Part shown: one piece after another, positions 1 to 7,062 of the stretch
How the letters are laid out: every line of letters starts with the position of its first letter
How positions within the stretch are numbered: position 1 is the first letter of the stretch
Source: a virus
Direction: 5' to 3' (one strand)
Length of the DNA stretch: 35,126 bases
IMG/VR virus record: IMGVR_UViG_3300045988_060248
The notes under the pieces: model-generated
Database searches by the model: none
What the model was told of the DNA's origin: nothing
The model's input: the letters and a program-made list of their open reading frames with translations, nothing else
Position numbers and translations under genes: made by a program

Positions 1-55
1 CTAACGCATGGTTACTGTTTCCTGTTCTTTTGTAAGCTCGTCTGAATGTAATAAA
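1..55. repeat. Terminal exact direct repeat, copy 1 of 2 (identical to 35072-35126); wrap-around of a circular or terminally redundant molecule
   Basis: ctaacgcatggttactgtttcctgttcttttgtaagctcgtctgaatgtaataaa is read at both ends of the window, 55/55 identical. Confidence 0.95.
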
Positions 56-411
56 TACTGCTCTATCAGCTGCGCTGCTGGCTGCCAGCCGTAGCAGACG
101 GCGGTATAATAGCCCTGCTGCCGCAGATATTCTAACCACTCTTTCTGTTTCTTGGTCGTCGTGTTCTTGCCTGCCTTAAGCTCTATGTAAAGCCCGTGAT
201 ACCCAGCCCTTGCAGCTGGTAGCATAATATCCGGCACACCAGCCTTTACGCCCTGCCTCTTAAGTGCCACCGCTGTTGTTGCATCACGTTTGCCGCCGTT
301 TGGTACGTGGTGCATATATTCCAGTTCTGGCATACGCCCCGTATTGTACCCAGCCCAACTAAATAGCGCCTCTTGGTGTCCGCTCTCGTCGTCCAGTCTA
401 AAGTTTCTCAT
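1..411 (-). CDS. VRR-NUC domain (PD-(D/E)xK fold) nuclease
   Basis: 136-aa ORF with ATG at 409-411. GVPDIMLP...GLYIELKAGKNTTTKKQKEWLEYLRQQGY fits the D..ExK core and K..Q..W tail of VRR-NUC proteins. The stop is at 1-3, and ParA follows across the circular junction. Confidence 0.7.
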   Translation of the reverse strand: MRNFRLDDESGHQEALFSWAGYNTGRMPELEYMHHVPNGGKRDATTAVALKRQGVKAGVPDIMLPAARAGYHGLYIELKAGKNTTTKKQKEWLEYLRQQGYYTAVCYGWQPAAQLIEQYLLHSDELTKEQETVTMR

Positions 412-646
412 TTTCTCGCCTCGCTTTCTGCTTGTATTCTACGTACTGGCAAATTCTGAAAAACAGCCCGTCCCTGCTGCTGCCTCTGGCTACCTCTACC
501 GCCAATATGTCTATTGTCTTTCCTTTGGTTGTCTGGCTGCCGTTTTTTACGTCCCAGCGGCATATATTGTAAAATCTGCACCGCAGGCAGCAACTCCTAC
601 AGTTCTTGCCTTTCTGGAATAGCCAATATTTAAGCCTTTCTATCAT
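398..646 (-). CDS. Hypothetical Cys-rich small protein (82 aa)
   Basis: ATG at 644-646 overlaps the stop of the upstream micro-ORF (ATGA). Cys cluster NCRSCCLRCRFYNIC. Its 3' end overlaps the VRR-NUC start by 14 nt. No family recognised. Confidence 0.45.
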   Translation of the reverse strand: MIERLKYWLFQKGKNCRSCCLRCRFYNICRWDVKNGSQTTKGKTIDILAVEVARGSSRDGLFFRICQYVEYKQKARRENEKL

Positions 647-795
647 TTCTGCCCCTTTCTGTCGTCGTTATCGTTCCAGCGTTCCCAGCTCTGCATTTCC
701 TCTGCTGCGTGTAGTGTCGCTGTAATGATTGACAGCAGCGTAAGCGCCAGCGCTGGCAATACAATTATTACCAGTGCAATAAATGCTATTATCAT
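643..795 (-). CDS. Small membrane protein (50 aa; below the ORF-track cutoff)
   Basis: Hand translation gives MIIAFIALVIIVLPALALTLLSIITATLHAAEEMQSWERWNDNDDRKGQK. It has one clear TM helix, starts 1 nt after the Rep stop, and its stop overlaps the next start. Confidence 0.45.
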   Translation of the reverse strand: MIIAFIALVIIVLPALALTLLSIITATLHAAEEMQSWERWNDNDDRKGQK

Positions 796-796
796 T

Positions 797-1564
797 TCAT
801 CCCCCCCTATCCGTTAATTTTACTAAGGTGTATCTTAAGTACCCATAACCGTAATACTCTGGGCTGTGTACTCCCTTGCTTATGCTGTTTTTGTCTACGT
901 AGTAACCTTTTATTGCCTGTGGCTCTGTCTTGAAATACTCACGGTCTGAAATTATGTGATACTCTGGCTCTGGTCTTATTAAATTCTTACTGCAATTCCA
1001 GCGCTTACCCTGTAACGCCCCGTCAGTGCCCTTTTTGTGTGTTCCTGTGTATTTGATTAAATAACTTGCCAACTCTGCATAGTTGCCGCTATCGTCCAGT
1101 GGGAATACCTTAACCCTGTTATGCCCCTCGTATGCCTTATACCAGCAGCGTTGTAAAATCTCTGTGTCAATTTTATTTACTACAAGGTGGTGATGCCTCG
1201 CACCTTTCTTGCCTATCTCCATAACGTGTATGTATTTGAATTTTAACCCTGCTTTTCTGTACTCCTTTCTGCACTCCCTCAAAAATACGTCTATGTCCTG
1301 CCGCATCTGCTCCGGCGTTCTGTCCGGCTCTCCTTTCCTGCGGATATAGTCAAGCACTAAATGGTAGTCCCCATAGCCATAGTTCGCATTTATGAGTATC
1401 CTTAACTTTCTCTCTGCCTGTCTGGTGTTTACTTTCTCCTGCTCTTCTTTTGTTGGCTTTACCTTATCCCCTCTGCTAATACCTTTCTTTTTGTATCTGC
1501 TGGTAAAGTACCTCTCTATCTCTATCGTATTTCCCGCTTTTGTTACCCTCTCTACGTATGGCAT
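797..1564 (-). CDS. rep: HUH-superfamily rolling-circle replication initiator (pC194/pUB110 Rep_1-like or phiX gpA-like)
   Basis: Motif 1-like GDYHLVLDY, HUH motif GARHHHLVVN and catalytic Tyr motif ELASYLIKYTGTHKK (Y-x3-Y / ExxKY type). The ORF opens at a TTG (1603), but ATG at 1562-1564 (MPYVERV) has the RBS GAGAGGTAGATAT. Confidence 0.7.
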   Translation of the reverse strand: MPYVERVTKAGNTIEIERYFTSRYKKKGISRGDKVKPTKEEQEKVNTRQAERKLRILINANYGYGDYHLVLDYIRRKGEPDRTPEQMRQDIDVFLRECRKEYRKAGLKFKYIHVMEIGKKGARHHHLVVNKIDTEILQRCWYKAYEGHNRVKVFPLDDSGNYAELASYLIKYTGTHKKGTDGALQGKRWNCSKNLIRPEPEYHIISDREYFKTEPQAIKGYYVDKNSISKGVHSPEYYGYGYLRYTLVKLTDRGG

Positions 1565-1597
1565 ATATCTACCTCTCTGTCGGTTCGTTAATACTTT

Positions 1598-1629
1598 TAT
1601 CAAGTGTTAAAACGGGCTGCCCGCCCGTT
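1598..1629 (-). promoter_or_regulatory. Candidate double-strand origin or attenuator: GC hairpin plus CTTGATA motif upstream of rep
   Basis: Minus strand reads AACGGGC-GGGCA-GCCCGTT (7-bp stem, 1611-1629), then TTTAACA, then CTTGATA (1598-1604). This lies about 35-65 nt upstream of the rep ATG. Confidence 0.35.
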
Positions 1630-1636
1630 AAATTCC

Positions 1637-1665
1637 TTGACTTTGCGCCATACATAGCTTATAAT
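1637..1665 (+). promoter_or_regulatory. Near-consensus sigma-70/sigma-A promoter on the plus strand
   Basis: TTGACT (1637-1642), a 17-nt spacer, then TATAAT (1660-1665). It is the only strong plus-strand promoter noticed in the window. Confidence 0.6.
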
Positions 1666-1671
1666 TTTTAT

Positions 1672-1735
1672 AGTATTTCAAAGCTGTATAGCTTAGCGCC
1701 TATGGTGTTTCCCCACCGTAGGCGCTTTTATTTTT
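1672..1735 (+). ncRNA. Putative ~62-nt countertranscript (antisense RNA) to the rep mRNA leader
   Basis: Bounded by the promoter at 1637-1665 and the intrinsic terminator at 1695-1735. It contains a small stem-loop AAGCT-GTAT-AGCTT (1681-1694). No RBS-preceded ORF lies inside. Confidence 0.5.
1695..1735 (+). terminator. Rho-independent terminator (plus strand)
   Basis: AGCGCCTATGGTG-TTTCCC-CACCGTAGGCGCT forms a 13-bp stem with one G-U pair, followed by TTTTATTTTT. Confidence 0.7.
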
Positions 1736-2277
1736 CATGTTTCCTGTCGCTCTCTTATACGGCTTAAGGCGTACTCATAAGCTCGCCTGTATGAGCCGCT
1801 GCAATCGTAGCTTGTGCGTCCCTTACACCCCTCATAGTTCTTGCCTGTCATACAAGCATATACTATTCTGTTTCTGCAAAACTCACAGCTATGTCGCTTT
1901 GCGTAATCGCTCGCCGCCCTCTCCTGTCGTTTTTTTTCATATTCCAGATATTGCTTAATCTCGTTTGCATCTATAATTGCAATCCCCAGCATATTTGCTG
2001 TATGTATTTCTCTGTCCATTCCCTCTGTTATGCCGTATTTCACGCCAGCAATAACAAAATCGCAGCCTTTCAGCAGCGCAAGCCCCGCCGTCATGCCCCT
2101 TGCCCGCTCTTCCGGCTTTTTGTCGTCCATGCACTGCGTCATATATAAATGCGGCGTAATAGGCGCTAAGCCCGCCTCTAATGCCTGCCGTGTCAGCTGC
2201 TGCGCATAATCTATGTTTCTGTCCAGCTCTGCGCCGTCTTTCGCCCTGTACGGGCTGCATATATAAACCTTTCTCAT
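1735..2277 (-). CDS. DUF4406 / nucleoside 2-deoxyribosyltransferase-like protein with Cys-rich C-terminal extension
   Basis: MRKVYICSPYRA...ITPHLYMTQCMDDKKPEERARGMTAGLALLKGCDFVIAG..GITEGMDREIHTA..LGI matches the pattern of this family. The C-terminus has 6 Cys (CEFC..C..C..C). Confidence 0.55.
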   Translation of the reverse strand: MRKVYICSPYRAKDGAELDRNIDYAQQLTRQALEAGLAPITPHLYMTQCMDDKKPEERARGMTAGLALLKGCDFVIAGVKYGITEGMDREIHTANMLGIAIIDANEIKQYLEYEKKRQERAASDYAKRHSCEFCRNRIVYACMTGKNYEGCKGRTSYDCSGSYRRAYEYALSRIRERQET

Positions 2278-2594
2278 GCCTTTTTACCCGCTTTCTGTTG
2301 TGCCTCTGCCCGTGCCTGTTCATTTCCTGCCAGATATGCTGCTAAGCACATCAGCTCGTCTGCTCCCTTTTGGTCTATAAAATTACAATTAACGCAGCAT
2401 TTACAATACCCCGTAATCTGTAAATATCTGTCGTATACTTCCTGTGGTGTCTGGCACTGCTTTAAGCTGTCTACCATGCCTGCAAGCTGCTGTATTGCCT
2501 TTATGCCTGCCTCTCCACCCTTTCCGTGTATCCCTACTGTAATCTGCCGCATTTTTGTTGCGCCGTCTGCTCCTAAAATTATTTTACTTTTCAT
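2274..2594 (-). CDS. Hypothetical protein (106 aa) with CKCCVNC cluster
   Basis: The ORF opens at a GTG (2606), but ATG at 2592-2594 has the RBS GAGG. Its stop overlaps the next start (ATGA). Confidence 0.5.
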   Translation of the reverse strand: MKSKIILGADGATKMRQITVGIHGKGGEAGIKAIQQLAGMVDSLKQCQTPQEVYDRYLQITGYCKCCVNCNFIDQKGADELMCLAAYLAGNEQARAEAQQKAGKKA

Positions 2595-2838
2595 TCTGTG
2601 CCTCACTCTCTTCCTTGAACCCTGCCAAAAGTATTGTCATTGCGTCTATCGCTGTATCAAAATGTTTTCCCAACTCCGCTGCGTCAATAAGCCCCTGCTT
2701 TGTGTTTCTCCCGTTCCCTTTCATTACTTGCGCTTGCAAAATAGGTTTTAACTGGCTAAGCCCATCTATGCTGTTCTCTAACTCTTCCTCACTCACGCAG
2801 ATTTTTACATAACCCTTACCGATATTCTCAACACTCAT
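2584..2838 (-). CDS. Hypothetical protein (84 aa)
   Basis: ATG-initiated ORF packed between neighbours with short overlaps. No family recognised. Confidence 0.5.
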   Translation of the reverse strand: MSVENIGKGYVKICVSEEELENSIDGLSQLKPILQAQVMKGNGRNTKQGLIDAAELGKHFDTAIDAMTILLAGFKEESEAQNEK

Positions 2839-3556
2839 TTTCTGCCTCTTCCTTTCTTCTAATCAGCCGTACTGATACCTCGTAAGCTGTGCGCTGTTCT
2901 CTTTCTCCTGTGGCTGCGTCAAGTACCTTTTCATACTGGCGGCTCTGATACCGTCCCAGCAGCTCTACAGTGTCGCCCTGCTGCCACTGCGCCGCCTCGT
3001 CCGCCTGTTCCTGCCAGCAGATGCACGGTAAATAGCAGTTACCGCCTGTAAGCTCATTTCTTATCTTTACCGTAATATCAGTAATGCGCTTGCCCCTTGG
3101 CGTTTCTCTGTATGTTGGCTTATTCGCTATAACGCCTCTTACTGCTGCCTCGTCTTGCTCTACTGCCTTTTCCGATACCGCCACAAAATCTGCCAGAATA
3201 TATACCAGCAGTCTACCGCTCTGGAAGTCCTTAATCGTCTGCGCCTTACCTGTCAGTAAAAGCCTGCTGCCCTCTACAAATTCCTGCATAACGTCAAATT
3301 CTATGCCGTTGCAAGCCCTGTATGGTACGTCCTCTGCAAATACTACCGTTACCTCGTCCGGCACGCCGCTTGGTCTTACTGTTTCCAGCTTTGCCATATA
3401 ACCACAAAACGGCAGTCCGCATAGCTGCTTAATTTCCTTAATCTGTGTAAGCGTCCCTACCAGTCCCGCTGCATTTCCCTTGATACCGCCACCTGTAAGC
3501 TCGTCCATGATCGCAGTATCTAAATCCCGTAAAAAATCTGGCTTTTTCTTTGTCAT
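2828..3556 (-). CDS. Tandem OB-fold, SSB-like DNA-binding protein
   Basis: The C-terminal half (ITDITVKIRNE..YLPCICWQEQADEAAQWQQGDTVELLGRYQSRQYEK...RTAYEVSV) follows the SSB OB-fold pattern. The N-terminal half has a second OB-like segment (VTVVFAED...GSRLLLTGKAQTIKD..GRLLVYILAD). Confidence 0.45.
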   Translation of the reverse strand: MTKKKPDFLRDLDTAIMDELTGGGIKGNAAGLVGTLTQIKEIKQLCGLPFCGYMAKLETVRPSGVPDEVTVVFAEDVPYRACNGIEFDVMQEFVEGSRLLLTGKAQTIKDFQSGRLLVYILADFVAVSEKAVEQDEAAVRGVIANKPTYRETPRGKRITDITVKIRNELTGGNCYLPCICWQEQADEAAQWQQGDTVELLGRYQSRQYEKVLDAATGEREQRTAYEVSVRLIRRKEEAENEC

Positions 3557-3576
3557 ACTTCCTGCCCTTTCCTTTC

Positions 3577-3876
3577 TTATATGTAAATGGTGTAGTAAAG
3601 CGACATCTGCAAATCACTAAACTTATACTGTGCTGTCTGCTCTGGCTCTAATGGTTTCATAAGCCCCAGCTCTTTCCAGCGTCTGTGCGTTATCTCTGGC
3701 ACTGCTCTAAACTTCTTTACCTCATGCCCGCTGTATTTTCGGTATTCCTCGCTTATCTCATGGTCTGCAAACGGTTTGAACGCTGCCAGATACCCTACGT
3801 AAACCTCTGCTTTGCCCTCGATAATGCGCAGGCGGTCTGAACTCTCCAGCGTGCCTATAAATTCCTTTACTGTCAC
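3577..3876 (-). CDS. Hypothetical protein (99 aa)
   Basis: GTG start at 3874-3876 preceded by AGGAGAGG. Confidence 0.5.
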   Translation of the reverse strand: MTVKEFIGTLESSDRLRIIEGKAEVYVGYLAAFKPFADHEISEEYRKYSGHEVKKFRAVPEITHRRWKELGLMKPLEPEQTAQYKFSDLQMSLYYTIYI

Positions 3877-3888
3877 TGTCCGCCTCTC

Positions 3889-4230
3889 CTACTTCTCTGG
3901 CATTTCGTACAGCCTCGGTATTACTGCTGCAAACGGCTGTACGTCCATGCCGCCCCTTATTACGGCTGCACCGCCAGCCGTAAACAGATAGCTTACGCAC
4001 GCTTTCTGTATCTCGTCCAGCACCTCTAAGCAGCGCTCTTTTGTGGCATACTCTCCAATTTCCTCTAAGCACCCGTCACTTATGCAAATTACGTGGCGCT
4101 TTTTGTCTGCCTCTGCGCCGCCTCTCTTTTTCTTTACGTCCTCATACTCTCCGTACTCTACGCAGGCGTAATTACCGCCCAGTCTATACAGCTTTTCTTT
4201 ATTCTGGCTGCGTATATATACCTCGCTCAT
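3889..4230 (-). CDS. Hypothetical protein (113 aa)
   Basis: ATG-initiated ORF in the operon frame. No family recognised. Confidence 0.5.
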   Translation of the reverse strand: MSEVYIRSQNKEKLYRLGGNYACVEYGEYEDVKKKRGGAEADKKRHVICISDGCLEEIGEYATKERCLEVLDEIQKACVSYLFTAGGAAVIRGGMDVQPFAAVIPRLYEMPEK

Positions 4231-4235
4231 TGCCT

Positions 4236-4478
4236 TTATCTCCTTGCCTCTAAGTTTTCCATTTCAGAAATGCAGTTCGACGGTATCAGCTCATAAGCTT
4301 CCGCTTCTATTTCTGTAAGCGCCTCTTTATACTCAATGTATCCCCACGCCTGCCGTGCTATCTCTGGTACGTTCTGCCGTTCTTCAAAATTTTCTATATG
4401 TAAAATTTCATTTCCCTGCGGCTTTGGAAATGTCCCCAGTGATAACGGGCGTAAAGGGCTGTAATATCTGTTGCTCAT
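4236..4478 (-). CDS. Hypothetical protein (80 aa)
   Basis: ATG start overlaps the upstream stop. No family recognised. Confidence 0.5.
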   Translation of the reverse strand: MSNRYYSPLRPLSLGTFPKPQGNEILHIENFEERQNVPEIARQAWGYIEYKEALTEIEAEAYELIPSNCISEMENLEARR

Positions 4479-5005
4479 TCTCCCGCCCCGCTTTCCTCTA
4501 TCATTGCTACCCTGTTACGTTTTTCTATCCCCGTAGCCATAAATGCTATTTTCATATCTCTTTCGTTAAATTCGTCGTAGTTTCCTTTCGGTGCATCTTC
4601 TGGAAAAATCTTCTGTGCCTGTATGAAAGCGTCCATAAATGTACCTAATTCCTCATAAAACACATTTCTGTAAAATTCAAACTCTAACTCTATTTCGATT
4701 TTTTGCGCTTTCGTACAATATATGCCGATTTTTTGCCGCCGTCCGTATGGTTTATATGTGGTTCTGTCTGATTTTGCGCCCATAACCTTATACATACACT
4801 GCCGCAGTAACTTTATTTCATGCTTTCCGTTGTATGAAAATATCGTATATTCATACTCTTCCTTTTGCAGCTCGTCCAAGGAATTTATACCGTTATCCTT
4901 AAGCAGCTTTGAAAGTTTCTTTTGCGCTGTCGTTTTCTCGCCACCTACGCCCCGCTCTGCCAACGCTTGCAGCTTTTTAATACGCTGTATTGTTTTTTCG
5001 TCCAT
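4475..5005 (-). CDS. DUF2786-like domain protein
   Basis: The N-terminus IQRIKKLQALAERGVGGEKTTAQKKLSKLL resembles the DUF2786 helix-pair signature. The ATG lies 29 nt inside the 3' end of the methyltransferase gene. Confidence 0.45.
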   Translation of the reverse strand: MDEKTIQRIKKLQALAERGVGGEKTTAQKKLSKLLKDNGINSLDELQKEEYEYTIFSYNGKHEIKLLRQCMYKVMGAKSDRTTYKPYGRRQKIGIYCTKAQKIEIELEFEFYRNVFYEELGTFMDAFIQAQKIFPEDAPKGNYDEFNERDMKIAFMATGIEKRNRVAMIEESGAGE

Positions 5006-5975
5006 GTGGTTCTGTTTCTCCTAATAGTATCTTTCTAAATATACTCTCGAATATCGGTACTGGTATGCTATTGCCAGCCTGCTTATAAAGCGGCATTGTG
5101 TAGCGCCCTACTCTTTTATGCACTGTTGCTGCCGCCTCGTAGTCTGCATCTGTGTAGCCTTGCAAACGCCAGCACTCACGTTCTGTAAGGTATCTGTAGC
5201 GCCCGCCGCCCATATCTATTACCTGTGCTGGCGTTCTGTCCTGCCTTGCGGTAATTGTAAAAGCACAATCCTCTATTACTGTTGCCCGTCGTATTCCTTT
5301 CTTTCCGATTGCATCTAAAACGCTCGGCTGTGTTACGTCATACACTGGCGGCGCATCTGGTAGTAAAAAGTCGTTTATATCTTTCATGGGCGTTTTTATT
5401 AAATCATCAAAAGAAAATTTTTCTTTTCCCAATACAGATACTGTGAAAACTCTTTCTCTTGCTTGCGGTAAACCAAACTCTCTTGCGTCCAGTATTTCAA
5501 AATTGCTGCTATATCCCAACCGTTCCATTTCTGATAAATACAAGTTGAAATTTACCCGCATATAGCGGCTTAACACATTTTTAACGTTTTCCCATATTAC
5601 GTACTTTGGTTTCCATTCTCCCATTTGTTCGATAATATGAATTGTTTCCCACATAAGGCTTGAACGTGTGCCGCTACCTTTGTCTGCTCCCTTACCTCTA
5701 TTTATCCGTCCCGCCTCTGCTGTCGCTTTTCCTTGGTGTCCTGCTATGCTAAAATCTTGGCAAGGGCTGCCATGTATTAAAATATCTGGTTTTAAATTCC
5801 AGCCTACGACGCTCTGCGTCTTATATGGCAGCTCGTCCGCAAACATTGCGTTATAGGAACGTACCGCCTTTTCGTCTATCTCTACATAGTCAATGGCTTT
5901 TACTGGTATGCCGATATTACGCAATGCGCAGCGTGGACTACCGATCCCGCCGAATAGCTCTAAAATCTGTATCAT
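4977..5975 (-). CDS. DNA (cytosine-5)-methyltransferase
   Basis: Motifs are in canonical order: I ELFGGIG, IV GSPCQDFS, VI WENVKNV, VIII QARERVF, X GNSIPV. Start chosen at MIQILELF (ATG 5973-5975, RBS AGAGGG), 4 nt after the upstream stop. Confidence 0.9.
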   Translation of the reverse strand: MIQILELFGGIGSPRCALRNIGIPVKAIDYVEIDEKAVRSYNAMFADELPYKTQSVVGWNLKPDILIHGSPCQDFSIAGHQGKATAEAGRINRGKGADKGSGTRSSLMWETIHIIEQMGEWKPKYVIWENVKNVLSRYMRVNFNLYLSEMERLGYSSNFEILDAREFGLPQARERVFTVSVLGKEKFSFDDLIKTPMKDINDFLLPDAPPVYDVTQPSVLDAIGKKGIRRATVIEDCAFTITARQDRTPAQVIDMGGGRYRYLTERECWRLQGYTDADYEAAATVHKRVGRYTMPLYKQAGNSIPVPIFESIFRKILLGETEPHGRKNNTAY

Positions 5976-5979
5976 GTTT

Positions 5980-6420
5980 CTATACCCTCTCTTTTGTAGC
6001 AAAATAGTAATTGTCTGTTATCAGCATTTCTTTGCTGAAAAGACACGCAAGCCCCAGCGGTACGGTAATAACCGCTATTGTTATGTCGCCCTCTGTCGCC
6101 CATGCTGCCATCACGGTAACTGCCAGCGTTACAAGTCCATAGGCTTTCTGCTTAATGAAATACCAGCGGCGGGCTTTCTTTTCCTGCTCCCTCTGTCGCC
6201 TCTGTTCTTTTTTCTTTCGCATATCTGCCATTGCATCTGCATAGCCTTTCTGGTATGCATCCTCTACTTTTAAGGCCTCTGCTATCATTCTCTGTCTCTC
6301 TTCCTTTCGGCGGCGCTCTCTGTCTTTCCATGCGTGCCGCTCTCCTGTTCTGGCGTTTGGTTTTACCGTGCGGGCTGCTTTTCGCATTAAAAAGCAACTG
6401 AAAACCTGTTGATCGTCCAC
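5980..6420 (-). CDS. Hypothetical membrane protein (basic coiled N-terminus, two C-terminal TM helices)
   Basis: RERRRKEERQR...KKEQRRQREQEKK is followed by LVTLAVTVMAAWA and IAVITVPLGLACLF. The start is uncertain (GTG 6420 or ATG 6387). Confidence 0.45.
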   Translation of the reverse strand: MDDQQVFSCFLMRKAARTVKPNARTGERHAWKDRERRRKEERQRMIAEALKVEDAYQKGYADAMADMRKKKEQRRQREQEKKARRWYFIKQKAYGLVTLAVTVMAAWATEGDITIAVITVPLGLACLFSKEMLITDNYYFATKERV

Positions 6421-6523
6421 ATACTTTCTGGCTGGTATGACCGCCGCTATTTTTCCACGGTATACAGATTGCAGCTATTAGCCTGCTGCCCTCTGCCGCA
6501 GGCTCGCCATGCCTGCTACACAA

Positions 6524-6597
6524 TGTGCCGTGTGGGATTTGAACCCACGACTTGCCGCTTATGAGGCGGCTGCTCTAACCAGCTGAACTAACGGCAC
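6524..6597 (-). tRNA. tRNA with CAT anticodon (elongator Met, or Ile2 if lysidinylated)
   Basis: Hand-folded cloverleaf: GTGCCGT-TA-GTTC-AGCTGGTTA-GAGC-A-GCCGC-CTCATAA-GCGGC-AAGTC-GTGGG-TTCAAAT-CCCAC-ACGGCAC-A. It has a 7-bp acceptor stem and a G1-C72 pair (so not an initiator). No CCA is encoded. Confidence 0.9.
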
Positions 6598-6619
6598 TCG
6601 TGGCGGCTGTTGCCGCCTA

Positions 6620-6847
6620 TTACTCGCCTCTATTTTCAGATATAAACCAGAGATAGAGCGCCTTTACCTCGTAATGGCTTAATATCTCCATTTGTTCCAT
6701 ACACTCTAAAAAACCTCGTAATTTTCCTCTGGTTCTTTCGCTCTCTTCTTTAAGCCCCTTTCTTTTTGCTCTGTCAATCAGTACAGAAAGAGTTTTGCAG
6801 TAATTCATTTGCTTTTCATTCAGTTTGTTAAGCGCCTCTCTCGTCAT
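6620..6847 (-). CDS. Hypothetical protein (75 aa)
   Basis: ATG-initiated ORF. No family recognised. Confidence 0.45.
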   Translation of the reverse strand: MTREALNKLNEKQMNYCKTLSVLIDRAKRKGLKEESERTRGKLRGFLECMEQMEILSHYEVKALYLWFISENRGE

Positions 6848-6867
6848 GTCTTTTACCTCTCTTTCGT

Positions 6868-7062
6868 TTATAGTGCCTGCTGCCCTGCTGCTGCCGTGTA
6901 AGTTTTCAATGTAAGCCCGCAGCGTTTGAACTCTCTATAAATTGTGTCCCTATGCGTTCCCAGCGCCTCTGCAATATCGCTTACACTGCTGCCATGCTTA
7001 CTCATAGCCTCTATGGTCTGCCTGTCCTCATAATGCAGACGCTTATACTTTCGTTTTCCCAT
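6868..7062 (-). CDS. Stand-alone IS30-type helix-turn-helix (HTH_38-like) protein
   Basis: KRLHYEDRQTIEAMSKHGSSVSDIAEALGTHRDTIYREFKRCG aligns by eye with the N-terminus of the transposase at 8037-9098 (RQLTWTDRISIEALKKAGHSVIEIAEQLGVHRSTIYNELKRGE). Confidence 0.6.
   Translation of the reverse strand: MGKRKYKRLHYEDRQTIEAMSKHGSSVSDIAEALGTHRDTIYREFKRCGLTLKTYTAAAGQQAL

Noticed and set aside
408-593. Alternative-frame minus-strand ORFs nested in annotated genes (408-593, 1955-2323, 3758-4072, 6152-6523, 10741-10977)
   Set aside because: They are fully overlapped by better-supported frames, have Arg/Gly/Cys-rich composition typical of off-frame translation, and have no RBS.
1598-1604. CTTGATA taken on its own as proof of the replication origin
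   Set aside because: The 7-mer occurs several more times on either strand in this window, roughly as expected by chance. Only its position next to rep and a hairpin gives it value, so it is reported as a candidate and not a call.
1703-1767. ATG-initiated reading frame inside the putative antisense RNA (part of plus ORF 1540-1767)
   Set aside because: It has no Shine-Dalgarno sequence. The frame runs through the terminator stem and U-tract, and the product is low-complexity.
6421-6523. GC-rich alternative hairpins downstream of the tRNA (GCAGGC..GCCTGC..GCAGGC), examined as a second tRNA or tmRNA-like gene
   Set aside because: No cloverleaf, T-loop (GTTCRANNC-like) or anticodon arm could be folded, and no U-tract is present for a terminator call.
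6620-6847. Small helical proteins (6620-6847, 12529-12708, 13090-13482) screened as possible Avd accessory proteins for the DGR
   Set aside because: None is basic and Avd-sized with four-helix-bundle-like heptads. Only 13090-13482 is adjacent to the RT, and it is strongly acidic, so it is retained only as a speculative alternative in the findings.
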